Virus record (IMG/VR): IMGVR_UViG_3300029448_000046
Coordinates: 1-56,343 of that record
Reading direction: 5' to 3' (one strand)
From: a virus
Taxonomy: Duplodnaviria > Caudoviricetes
DNA length: 56,343 bases
Shown here: piece after piece, positions 9,509 to 19,050 of the stretch
Numbering within the stretch: position 1 is the stretch's first letter
How the letters are laid out: each line of letters starts with the position of its first letter
Notes under the pieces: model-generated
Seen by the model: the letters and a program-made list of their open reading frames with translations, nothing else
Told to the model about the DNA's origin: nothing
Databases searched by the model: none
Position numbers and translations under genes: made by a program

Positions 9509-12500
9509 ATGCCTCAAATGCTTTTCCCAGATGGTCGTATTTATGATACGGGTAATATGTCTGAACAAGATATACAAACCGCTTACGACAATATTCAGAA
9601 ACGGTTTGCTCCAGTTGCACCTCCAGAACCAGAGCAAGGAACGCTATCGCGAGCAGGTGATTTACTTGAACTTGGGACGCGAAATGTAGCGGCAAAAGGC
9701 GCAAGGGGTATTGCACAGATTGCCGACATGTCATTCGATGACAGGTTCGACAACGCAGAAGATTACCTAGAATCATTTGCTCAAGGCCAAGACAATGAAG
9801 CGTCTAAAATACGTGGAATAAAGCCACTTCAAGAGGCCGAAGGTATTGGAGATGTCTTCTCATCAGGAGCTTCATACCTAGTACAGTCAATTCCTGAGAT
9901 GGCTCCTATTTTTGTTGGAATGAAAGCAGGTGCTATTGCTGGCTCACCCTTCGGTCCTATTGGTGCAACGGTTGGTGCAGGGATAGGTTTGGCAATTGGT
10001 GCTTCCTTACCATTTTTGGGTGAGAACACAGAGCAATTCAAGAAGACCCAGAACCGTGCGCCAGACAAGGATGAAGCTTTAAACCTTTTAGGAACTTCGA
10101 TTATTCAGGGTGGACTAAATGCTCTGATATTTAAGCTCATACCTTTTAAGGGTAGCCCTAAGATTACTACTAACATGATTAAGAAAGGTCTGGCGGGTAC
10201 TGGCCTTGAGGGTTCGACTGAATTTGCACAGGAACTAGGTACGATTCTTGCGGCCAACAATTTTGACACATCTGTATTGAGTGACCCAGATGTTGTTTAC
10301 AGATTAAAGGAATCTCTTTTAGCTGGCGGGTTTGTGGGTGGCGCGATTGGTGTTGGAACATCACCATTTACAACCGAAGCCGCCCCACCTGCACCGCAGG
10401 TTCGGCGAGATGCTGAATTGGAACAAGCGGCGACAGACTTTAAGGATGGTCAACCACAACCCCCTGCACAACCAGCGCAGTTAACCGATGAAACGGTTGT
10501 TGTCCCACGACTTACGTCTCAGGAATCCCCCGAACCCGATAGTCGTGTTGAGGATGTTGTAACTGTTCGTGACGGAGTTCCAACGGCTGAACAACGCATA
10601 ATGACTGGTCAACAGGAGCCTTTCCTTGTAGGTCAGGCAGACGCAACTCTAGATGCCAATGAACAAGCACAGCAAACCAACTCTGAAATGGTCATGCAGA
10701 TTGCGCGTGAGGCTCTTGATGCTGGACTTGACCCACTTGAAGCTCTTGGTTCAGCAGAGACAACCAGAAGAATAGAAGATGCCCTTGAAGGTGAACTTGA
10801 GCAGGATGTTGCTCTGGGTCAAACGCCAGTTGCACAAGAAAAGCAGAATTTATCTCGGCTGAAGAACAAGGAGCTTATAGAGTGGGCTGAACAGAACGTC
10901 AATACAGATGAGATAATTGGAAACATAGTTAAATCACAGCTATCTGTCACAGTTAAAGCACAGCAAATTCGCAAGCGTCTCGCGGACCTGAATGTAAGAA
11001 GCACTACCGCGTTAGAACAAGGTCAACAGGTAGGCAAACCCATACTGCGTAAAGACTCTGATGTTGACCCAGAGGGACGGATAACAAGAACAACAACAGA
11101 AGGCACTGTCTCTGACGTAGACCCCTCTGGTCAAGCCAGAATGGGCAGAAGAACTGACACCGCCGAGGGTCTTCGGATTCGCGATGAGGTCGGCCCTGTT
11201 GTAACCCCTGCCCTTCGTGAGGCTTTGCGAATGAGAGGTGGCGAGGCATCTATAAGAACAGGTGATAACCAGTCAACACAGGATTCCAGCACTACCCCGG
11301 TAACATCGCAAACCTTAAAGTATGAGGGAGCATTAAACTATCTAACTGGTAGACTTCAGATGCTTGAGAAGTCCGGTTCACAAGGAAAGAAACTTGCAAG
11401 AGCTGTAAAGCGTCAGGTCATGGATGACACATCCATGAATGCTAATGACGTTGTGGCTGGTTTCTTGGCGGCTGACGCAGTTGTCAACACACTAGGTGGT
11501 AAGGGACCAAAGGGTGGGGTTGAGTTAACTTTTCTCAAAACATTGACCAATGAAAAGGGCAATGAACTGCACGGTGAGAAGTCTTATTCCGATAATGCAA
11601 AGGGTAGAACACAAGCTGTAATGAGACTGGCCTTGGGTAGCACAGACGCACAAGGCAACTATGTTCAGGACAGTGCTTACAGAATTGCCGAGACGGCAAA
11701 TCACGAAGCTTTTCACTTCCTTCAAGACTTCTTCGTTGAACACAGCCCGTCTGACGCAAAGCTTCTAAGAAGCGTTTATAAGCTCAAGGATGGGAAGGTT
11801 AATTACAAAGCCCTTCCATCTACAGTCAGAAATCTTTGGAAGAAATACGCACCAAACCAGCATCAGCAAGCTCTTAACGGTTCACTTGATATCATGTCAA
11901 AGCCATCAGAGTTTCAGGCTATGACATATGAGTTTTATCAGAGAGCTAAATCAACAGGCGATGCCAGCCCACTTGCTGGTGCATTTGGAAAGTACTTTGA
12001 CTTTATATCTGGGTTTCTTCCCAGACTTGCAAACTCTGTAAGGGGCATGGGCTTCCAAACCGTAGAAGATTTGTATACTCGCACATCAGAGGGGACGACA
12101 GGAAGAAACCTAGATGGAAAAACTCTAACGCCTCGTCAATCACTGACTGAAGAGTCATCAAGAATTGATACGAAGCTTTCTAATGACATCACAAAATTAT
12201 TAAAAGAACCGGATGCAGAGCAATCCATTCGTAATGACTCAAAAAAATACATGAGTGATGTTCAAATTATCGACAATGATAGTGATGAAAATATAGCCAG
12301 CATTACAACGATTAACCTGAAAACAGTACTTAAAAAAAGTAGACCACTAAACTTTAATTACTTTACTGAAGAGACTCAGGAAAGTGTAGTGGTCGATTTC
12401 TTTGAGAGGGTTTTTAGAGGCGAGATTGAGTTTGACCCGACCGGACTACAGTATGATGACTTTGGTGAAACAATGGAAACGGAGTTTGAGTATGCCAAGG

Positions 12501-15500
12501 CTGGAAGAAGAGGCTCACCCCGCGAGGCGGCAGAGTATTTTGTAGGACAATTTGACAAAGGTAACTACAGAGTCATGCGCGATGCTGTGACTGGCCTAGA
12601 AGTAGTGTCATTTAGCTATCCAATTGAGAACGAGCAGGAACCGTCTGTCAGTTATCTTCTATATCCAGACGGAAGATTATCACCCCCTCACTTTGACGAA
12701 AACAGTATGACTCCTTATCGGCTTGAAAATGAATTATTTAACTTCTTCACTCCTGAATTTACATCAAATAAAATAGCTGGACTTCGTTCTTATGCACAAA
12801 AAAAGGACCCATATTTTCTTGGGTTCGAGAATGAAGAGCAACTAAAAGGGCGAACCGATGTTTGGGACATTGGATTTTCAGTTGATGGTTTATACGAAAC
12901 AACAAATGAAAGTGATGCTCGAACTGCGCTTGAGACATTCGCCCGTGCGACTGCATCATTTAGAGTTATCTTGGATGAGATAATCAACAGAGGTCTTAAA
13001 GTAGACGCTATAATTTTTGCAGGAACTGACTCAAAAAAACATTCAATTTATAAAAGCATGGTAAGAAACAAAGGATTTATGTCACTGTTTCCAGAGTTAG
13101 GAAGTGCGGTGGATGTGAGAGGCCCTAACAGGGCGACGGTTTTACCAACTAAATTTCAGAAACCCACACAGGGTGAGTTGTTTAGCGAAGAGTCTATTAG
13201 AATAGACCGTGTTCAAGACATTTCAAACATAGCTCTATCTCAAGAAAACGATGCAGTTTCTAACAGGTTTAATTTAGATGAGGGAATGCGAAGGTTGTCT
13301 TCAATAGACATCCTATACAACAAAACATTTAACCCTGAGTTACCTGAGAAGGACAAAGCTGTCGGTAGAGATGGGAAAAAAAGAGACGCTGGAAGAAACA
13401 TTGCAGAGGCCGCTCGAATGTTACATAACCGCGCCCTTGAAATATTAAACGAACCAATTACTTCAAGCAATCCAGAGACTGACGAAATGATAGCTCGCGT
13501 GATGGCGGCTGAGATTGTTGCGGCAAGAGAAAACAACCCAGATACAAGCGCGGCTGACTGGTACACTAGGAGTGTGGACGCGGCAATAGCGGAGGTGTCA
13601 AAGCTATATCCAGAAATATCTAGCGACCCTGAACACAGGTCAGCATTTTCACTTGCTCTTGCAATAACAAGTCAAGGGATTGTTGTTGACCGAAATTCAA
13701 AGCTGGGACTTGGAGCGTATGAGTTCTGGAGAAATAATGGACGCTTCCCAGAATTTGGCGAAGGCAAGTCATCCCCCGCAATATTGAAAAACTTCCGTAA
13801 CGCTAATGTTGTCATGGATGTGTTTAAAAACTCCAGAGTAAATGTTCCATTTCATGAGTTTCTTTCACAGCAATTTACTGTGAAGGAACTAAAGCAAAAG
13901 TTAGAGGACTTTGGAGTTAAGGTTGGCAAGGGTGGTGTTGGTCTGAGTGGAGAAGGTGTCAATACGGAAGTCTATGGCTCATATATGTTTGGTCCAAAAA
14001 TTGGCCAAGGCTTTTATCAGAATTTAACAGGTAACTATGACCCAATAACAATTGACCTATGGTTCATGCGTAGTTGGGGGCGCATGACAGGAACACTGGT
14101 TGGTAACGAAAATGCATTCCAAAATAACCTTAATGATTTACGTATATCAATGCGTAACGAGGGTCTTGAATATGATGAGGAGCTATTTGGAACAGATGAG
14201 CAATATACATTTGATAAAATATCTGAGGCCAACAATATAGGTGAAGAATTTTACACGGCAAACAAGGAGGCTATTGACAACAAGGAATTACAAAAATCCC
14301 CGATGATGAAATCGGCGGCGGCGGCTTTGGTAAACGGTGTAAAACCAATAGACACGCCGCGTGGTGGCCCTCAAAGGAAGTGGATTAGGTCGGTTGTCAA
14401 ACGCGCTCAATCAATTCTTGAAGGGCAAGGACAGAGCCTTACAAGCGCGGACATGCAAGCCATCCTCTGGTATCCAGAGAAAGACCTTTACTCAAAGCTT
14501 ACCACTGGTCAGCAGGAGACAAGACTTAATCAAAGCTACGAAGATGCATTCAAGGAGATTGTAAATGAAACAGGGCTACGCACCTTGGACGGAAGAGGCA
14601 GAGGAGCCAACGATGTTCGGGAAACTATCGAAGCAGGAGATGCAAAAAGCCGCAGAAGCACTCCTAGAACTACATCTGGAAAAGAAGAATCAATCCGCTT
14701 CTCAACAGCAGACTACAGAACAACAGATGGAATGAAGGCTACGCTAGCAGACCCAACTGTACAGGGTATTGCTGGCAAGACTTATAGCTTTATTCGTAGG
14801 TTTGCTTCCCAGGAGGGCCGTAAAAATTTAAGAGAATCTTTTGTTAACGAGTTCGTACATGGTTTAGCTCCGTTGGCTAGACGTGAGCTGGAGTTAAACT
14901 ACAGAGAAACAGGAGATAGACGTTACAAGCCCTTCGCGCAAGGCGCATTCAAAATTACTGAGCTTGCTCAACAGATGTCTGGCCGTATGCAGATGTTTAA
15001 CGAGATTGGTGCGCCAAAGTTAAATGAGGATGGGTCGGTAGGAATAGTAGAGGGAACACAGGGACTGAAAAAAATATTTGAACCAATTGGTCAGGGTGAA
15101 AAATATGCAAAGTTTCAGATGTTTGTTTATGCTCAACGCGCACAAAGATTGAAGTCCGAGGGTAGGGAAAACCTTATGACCGACGCCCAGATTGCAGAAG
15201 GGTTGCAGTACGGCGTAGAAAACCCAGAGTTTCAGCAGGTCTTTAATCAATATAAGTCATTCAACGAAAGTGTCATGCAGTTTTTAAAGGATACTGGTTC
15301 TGTCGATGAAGAAACAAAGCAAAGGCTAATTGGTACGGCTGATTACGTTCCATTTTATCGTATCATTGAAGAAGAGCAGTACACTGAAGGTCTGTTTGGT
15401 CAGGTCAGGCGCGGAAACGAAAACGCTCAGAACTCTACATCTGCATTCGATAATCCAGATGCTAGAATTAAGGATGTCCTTCGCAAACTGAAGGGTGGGG

Positions 15501-17368
15501 AGGAAAAGATTGGTGACCTCTACCAAAATGTTTTTGCTAACACGCAAGCGATTGTTTCTGCTGGACTCAGAAACGTAGCAACTCAAAGAACTGTAAAACT
15601 TGTCGAGGATTTGGCCGCTGATGGATTCTATGACGAGGCAGTAAAGCCAAAAAGGATTTCAAAATCAGATGCTGTAAACAACAACAATCATTTCACACTG
15701 AGAGAAGATGGGAAGTCAGTGTATTTTGATGTTGGTTCTGACGCAGAACTCCTAACAGCAATGCGTACATTTACTCCTGTACAAATGCAGGGGTTCTTAA
15801 AAACCATGCAGAACATTGGGCGTTTTTTCCGTAACGCAATAACCATCACGCCAAGTTTTATGGAAGCGAACCTCATACGAGGTGACATGGCTGGAGTGGT
15901 GACAGTTGATGCACCTCTTAGACCAATGATTGACACAGTCATCGGTCTTAAAAACGCACTGACAGATGCAGACACAATATTAGAAATGAAAACAATTGGC
16001 GGCTTCGGCGGATACACATTTGGCGAAAGCTCTACAGATTTTGCTAAAAAAATGAAGCGTTTTTATCGGAGGCATGAAGGATACACTATTGTTGATACGC
16101 CACAGAAACTGACCGACATGTTTTTGAACTCGCTAGACAGGGTTAATAACCTTGGAGAAGCAACAGAGCTAGCGACAAGAGAAGCTATCTACAGACGTAT
16201 GACTGAGGCAGGTTCAGACAAAGGCGATGCGGCTTACGAAGCTCTTAACCTTATAAACTATTCGCGGCGTGGTAATCCCAACGGTGCGGCGTCACAAACC
16301 TTGGCTATGCTTTTGCCACTAGTTCCGTTCTTGAATGCAAGAATACAGGGTCTGTATAGAACCGGAACTGCGTTTAAAGGTGAGGCAAACGCCAAGCGAA
16401 CTGCACTTAAAGGTATGGCCTTGATGGGCTTGTCACTTGGATTGTATTCCCTGTCATCCAAAGAGGACGACTGGGACAAAGAGCCGTTACACAGAAAGCT
16501 AAATTATTACATCATATATTCTGATGATAAGAAGTTTTTAATACCAAAGCCATTTGAAATTGGGGCTATCTTCAGCACTATGCCAGAGGTCTTTTTGGAT
16601 GGCATCAGAAAGAAAGACGGCGAGTATGTTGCCGAGGCTGTGACACAGGTCTTCCTCAATAATCTTAGCTTCAATCCTATACCCCAAGCTATCAAACCAA
16701 TTATTGAAGTAGCAACTAACCAAGACTTTTTCAGAGGTCGTGAGATTGAAAGTCTTGGTGTCAGAGGTTTGCCCACTGAGATGCGGAGTTACAGTACAAC
16801 ATCTGAGTTCGCCAAAATGATTGGCAACATCACTGGGTCGCTTGGCATTAGTCCTATTGAAGCAGAAAAACTGATTTCAGGATACACTGGCTCAATGGGT
16901 AGCCTGTTTCTTGCTGGAACTGACTCAATACTTGGAATGACAGGGCAAGTTCCAACACGTCCAGCAGGTGTATTTGGCGACAGCATAACAGCCAAAGCGG
17001 CTGGTGCATTAGGCATAACTAGATTTGTTAAGGATAGGCCAGCCGACCCAAGCAACCAGTATCTTTCAGACTTCTACGAGTTGAAGAGAGAGGCCGATGA
17101 GGTTGTGCGCGGCATCAACCGCCTCCGCGAGGAAGGTAACTTTGAAGACGCAATGGAAATGCGGAAAGAGAACCGCAGTCTCATAGCTGTCAGGAAACAA
17201 TTGAATGTAAAATATCGGCAGTTAAATGAATTAAACGATAAAATACAGGGAGTGAAAAGAAGTGGTTCAACGCCCGAAGAAAAGAAAAGGCGGGTTGACC
17301 TATTGATAAAGAGACGTAACTCGATTGTTAGAGATATGTCTAGGCTAAAGGCCAGAATACGAGGATAA
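9509..17368 (+). CDS. large polyvalent internal virion protein with zincin HExxH and C-terminal LPD38-like domain
   Basis: 2619 aa; HEAFH; DYVPFYR; IPKPFEIG...KPIIEVATNQDFFRGREI...ISP..AEKLISGYTG. Confidence 0.8.
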   Translation: MPQMLFPDGRIYDTGNMSEQDIQTAYDNIQKRFAPVAPPEPEQGTLSRAGDLLELGTRNVAAKGARGIAQIADMSFDDRFDNAEDYLESFAQGQDNEASKIRGIKPLQEAEGIGDVFSSGASYLVQSIPEMAPIFVGMKAGAIAGSPFGPIGATVGAGIGLAIGASLPFLGENTEQFKKTQNRAPDKDEALNLLGTSIIQGGLNALIFKLIPFKGSPKITTNMIKKGLAGTGLEGSTEFAQELGTILAANNFDTSVLSDPDVVYRLKESLLAGGFVGGAIGVGTSPFTTEAAPPAPQVRRDAELEQAATDFKDGQPQPPAQPAQLTDETVVVPRLTSQESPEPDSRVEDVVTVRDGVPTAEQRIMTGQQEPFLVGQADATLDANEQAQQTNSEMVMQIAREALDAGLDPLEALGSAETTRRIEDALEGELEQDVALGQTPVAQEKQNLSRLKNKELIEWAEQNVNTDEIIGNIVKSQLSVTVKAQQIRKRLADLNVRSTTALEQGQQVGKPILRKDSDVDPEGRITRTTTEGTVSDVDPSGQARMGRRTDTAEGLRIRDEVGPVVTPALREALRMRGGEASIRTGDNQSTQDSSTTPVTSQTLKYEGALNYLTGRLQMLEKSGSQGKKLARAVKRQVMDDTSMNANDVVAGFLAADAVVNTLGGKGPKGGVELTFLKTLTNEKGNELHGEKSYSDNAKGRTQAVMRLALGSTDAQGNYVQDSAYRIAETANHEAFHFLQDFFVEHSPSDAKLLRSVYKLKDGKVNYKALPSTVRNLWKKYAPNQHQQALNGSLDIMSKPSEFQAMTYEFYQRAKSTGDASPLAGAFGKYFDFISGFLPRLANSVRGMGFQTVEDLYTRTSEGTTGRNLDGKTLTPRQSLTEESSRIDTKLSNDITKLLKEPDAEQSIRNDSKKYMSDVQIIDNDSDENIASITTINLKTVLKKSRPLNFNYFTEETQESVVVDFFERVFRGEIEFDPTGLQYDDFGETMETEFEYAKAGRRGSPREAAEYFVGQFDKGNYRVMRDAVTGLEVVSFSYPIENEQEPSVSYLLYPDGRLSPPHFDENSMTPYRLENELFNFFTPEFTSNKIAGLRSYAQKKDPYFLGFENEEQLKGRTDVWDIGFSVDGLYETTNESDARTALETFARATASFRVILDEIINRGLKVDAIIFAGTDSKKHSIYKSMVRNKGFMSLFPELGSAVDVRGPNRATVLPTKFQKPTQGELFSEESIRIDRVQDISNIALSQENDAVSNRFNLDEGMRRLSSIDILYNKTFNPELPEKDKAVGRDGKKRDAGRNIAEAARMLHNRALEILNEPITSSNPETDEMIARVMAAEIVAARENNPDTSAADWYTRSVDAAIAEVSKLYPEISSDPEHRSAFSLALAITSQGIVVDRNSKLGLGAYEFWRNNGRFPEFGEGKSSPAILKNFRNANVVMDVFKNSRVNVPFHEFLSQQFTVKELKQKLEDFGVKVGKGGVGLSGEGVNTEVYGSYMFGPKIGQGFYQNLTGNYDPITIDLWFMRSWGRMTGTLVGNENAFQNNLNDLRISMRNEGLEYDEELFGTDEQYTFDKISEANNIGEEFYTANKEAIDNKELQKSPMMKSAAAALVNGVKPIDTPRGGPQRKWIRSVVKRAQSILEGQGQSLTSADMQAILWYPEKDLYSKLTTGQQETRLNQSYEDAFKEIVNETGLRTLDGRGRGANDVRETIEAGDAKSRRSTPRTTSGKEESIRFSTADYRTTDGMKATLADPTVQGIAGKTYSFIRRFASQEGRKNLRESFVNEFVHGLAPLARRELELNYRETGDRRYKPFAQGAFKITELAQQMSGRMQMFNEIGAPKLNEDGSVGIVEGTQGLKKIFEPIGQGEKYAKFQMFVYAQRAQRLKSEGRENLMTDAQIAEGLQYGVENPEFQQVFNQYKSFNESVMQFLKDTGSVDEETKQRLIGTADYVPFYRIIEEEQYTEGLFGQVRRGNENAQNSTSAFDNPDARIKDVLRKLKGGEEKIGDLYQNVFANTQAIVSAGLRNVATQRTVKLVEDLAADGFYDEAVKPKRISKSDAVNNNNHFTLREDGKSVYFDVGSDAELLTAMRTFTPVQMQGFLKTMQNIGRFFRNAITITPSFMEANLIRGDMAGVVTVDAPLRPMIDTVIGLKNALTDADTILEMKTIGGFGGYTFGESSTDFAKKMKRFYRRHEGYTIVDTPQKLTDMFLNSLDRVNNLGEATELATREAIYRRMTEAGSDKGDAAYEALNLINYSRRGNPNGAASQTLAMLLPLVPFLNARIQGLYRTGTAFKGEANAKRTALKGMALMGLSLGLYSLSSKEDDWDKEPLHRKLNYYIIYSDDKKFLIPKPFEIGAIFSTMPEVFLDGIRKKDGEYVAEAVTQVFLNNLSFNPIPQAIKPIIEVATNQDFFRGREIESLGVRGLPTEMRSYSTTSEFAKMIGNITGSLGISPIEAEKLISGYTGSMGSLFLAGTDSILGMTGQVPTRPAGVFGDSITAKAAGALGITRFVKDRPADPSNQYLSDFYELKREADEVVRGINRLREEGNFEDAMEMRKENRSLIAVRKQLNVKYRQLNELNDKIQGVKRSGSTPEEKKRRVDLLIKRRNSIVRDMSRLKARIRG

Positions 17369-17372
17369 ATTT

Positions 17373-17576
17373 GTGTACTTTGCTATTGTTTTAATGTGTG
17401 GAATTTCATTCGGACAACCTTCATGCATTGAAGCCCACGACAATTATGGACCATACAAAACTTTGGAAGAGTGTCAGGCAAGAACAAAGGTTATGGAGCG
17501 AGATATATACATGATGGCTCCTGATACAAAGTTGACACAACAGAAATGCACAAAGGCAGATATCTCAGCAACATGA
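17373..17576 (+). CDS. small Cys-containing exported protein
   Basis: Hydrophobic N-terminus, GPY.TLEEC..R motif. Confidence 0.55.
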   Translation: MYFAIVLMCGISFGQPSCIEAHDNYGPYKTLEECQARTKVMERDIYMMAPDTKLTQQKCTKADISAT

Positions 17577-17950
17577 TATGGATGTCACTTATAAGCCCAG
17601 TTGCTAAACTTGCAGGTAGTTTTATTGAACAACAAACAACAAAGCAGAAAGCCAAAGCAACTCTTGCTCAAACTGAGGCTGATGCAAAGAGTGAGATTTT
17701 AAAATCAGCGGCACAGCATGATTCCAAATGGGAATTAATAATGGCCGAGTCCACAAGGTCCAGCATCAAAGATGAAATAATAACTATAGCTGTTCTTGCT
17801 CCAGCGGCGATGGCTTGGATAGACCCTGAACTTGCAAAGCGTGGCTTCGATGTGATTGCTGAATTACCAAGTTGGTATACGAATATTTTGTACATAACAA
17901 TCTTAGCTGGCCTTGGTTTAAAGGGGCTTGATAGGTTCAAGCGGAAATAA
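17573..17950 (+). CDS. putative holin
   Basis: ATGA-coupled start MIWMS; coiled segment then two hydrophobic segments and a basic tail (SSIKDE..., LP.WY); upstream of the endolysin. Confidence 0.6.
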   Translation: MIWMSLISPVAKLAGSFIEQQTTKQKAKATLAQTEADAKSEILKSAAQHDSKWELIMAESTRSSIKDEIITIAVLAPAAMAWIDPELAKRGFDVIAELPSWYTNILYITILAGLGLKGLDRFKRK

Positions 17951-18003
17951 AAAAATGTGGTGCATGAGTGACCATACTACGGAAGAACAAGCGAGGATAA
18001 ATC

Positions 18004-18207
18004 GTGGCCGAATTAACAATGGAGCGGTTCCTAAAGTGGAAAATACTTCCAAGGCTGATGATGCTGATGTTGTCGATATCAGCGTGGAGAGTAGTCGAGT
18101 GGTTCATGCTTCTTCCAGACCCGACGACACAGCAGTCGGCACTGGTGTCTGTAGTCACGGGGGCCATGACAGGTGCGTTTGCGGTGTGGCTATCACATGA
18201 GCAATAG
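18004..18207 (+). CDS. two-TM membrane protein (holin/antiholin-like)
   Basis: WKILPRLMML...WFM.LPDPT.QQSALVSVV; abuts the endolysin. Confidence 0.6.
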   Translation: MAELTMERFLKWKILPRLMMLMLSISAWRVVEWFMLLPDPTTQQSALVSVVTGAMTGAFAVWLSHEQ

Positions 18208-18663
18208 GTGGCGATGATGGATATTGATTTACTCAGAGAAGAACTTGCTGTTGCAGAGGGACTAAAGCATGAGATTTATTTATGCTCAATGTCCCATAAA
18301 ACTTTTGGAATTGGCCACTTAATTACAAAGTCAGACCCAGAGTATGGACAAGAGGTTGGTGAAAAGGTTTCACCTGAACGAGTCAAGGAAGCTTTCTCTC
18401 ATGATATAGTTGTTTGTCTTGAGGATTGCCGAGCAGTGTTTGAAGACTTTGATATGATGCCAGAGACGGCTCAGAGATGCTTTGCTAATATGATTTTTCA
18501 ATTAGGCAGACCAACTTTCTTAAAGTTCAAGCGCAGTATAGAGCTGGCAAAACTTTCGCGTTGGAAAGAATGCAGTAAAGAAATCCTAGATAGTAGATGG
18601 GCAAAGCAAACACCAAATCGGGCGCAAAGAATTAGCGAAAGACTTGCTACTATTGAGAGTTAG
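18208..18663 (+). CDS. endolysin, T4-type lysozyme (GH24)
   Basis: EGL...Y.CS..H.TFGIGH; NMIFQLG; E.LDSRWAKQTPNRA.R. Confidence 0.9.
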   Translation: MAMMDIDLLREELAVAEGLKHEIYLCSMSHKTFGIGHLITKSDPEYGQEVGEKVSPERVKEAFSHDIVVCLEDCRAVFEDFDMMPETAQRCFANMIFQLGRPTFLKFKRSIELAKLSRWKECSKEILDSRWAKQTPNRAQRISERLATIES

Positions 18664-18878
18664 GTTTCGTACTTTAAAAGATTTACATCTATCGAATTCA
18701 AATACATTTTAGGCAACTGAAAAGTTGAGCCAACCCTATGTTCCGAAACAAGAAATAAATCTATTATATTTTTTCTTTGTTCGACGACGATGTAAGCCTC
18801 AATTTCTGAACCCTCAATATTAATCTTAACTGCGTGATTGTCCCGTACCGATTCTATCTTCATAGCTAATAACTCCAA
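18660..18878 (-). CDS. hypothetical protein
   Basis: 72-aa AT-rich ORF between the endolysin and attP. Confidence 0.35.
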   Translation of the reverse strand: MELLAMKIESVRDNHAVKINIEGSEIEAYIVVEQRKNIIDLFLVSEHRVGSTFQLPKMYLNSIDVNLLKYET

Positions 18879-18879
18879 G

Positions 18880-19050
18880 AGTTGTCCAAAAGTTGTCCAT
18901 ACGCTTGTAAGCTATTGATATTATTATATATGTTTGGCATCCCGTATGGGTGGTAAAATAATAAAAATCAATAGGTTAATGACTGTATGGACAACTTCTT
19001 TGTATCAGGTTGTGTCAGGTTGTGTCTAGTTGTTTCAACCTTGGACAAGT
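18880..19050. mobile_element. attP: putative attP site (tRNA 3'-end core, IHF sites, arm repeats)
   Basis: Minus-strand CCCATACGGGATGCCA at 18935-18950; WATCAANNNNTTR matches at 18908-18920 (-) and 18966-18978 (+); GTTGTCCA and GGTTGTGTC repeats; abuts the integrase 3' end. Confidence 0.75.

Noticed and set aside
17928-18200. Overlapping 90-aa ORF as an embedded spanin
   Set aside because: No lipobox or signal peptide; the alternative frame encodes a recognisable membrane protein
18935-18950. tRNA gene
   Set aside because: Only the 3' ~16 nt are present, with no D or anticodon arm; interpreted as an att core
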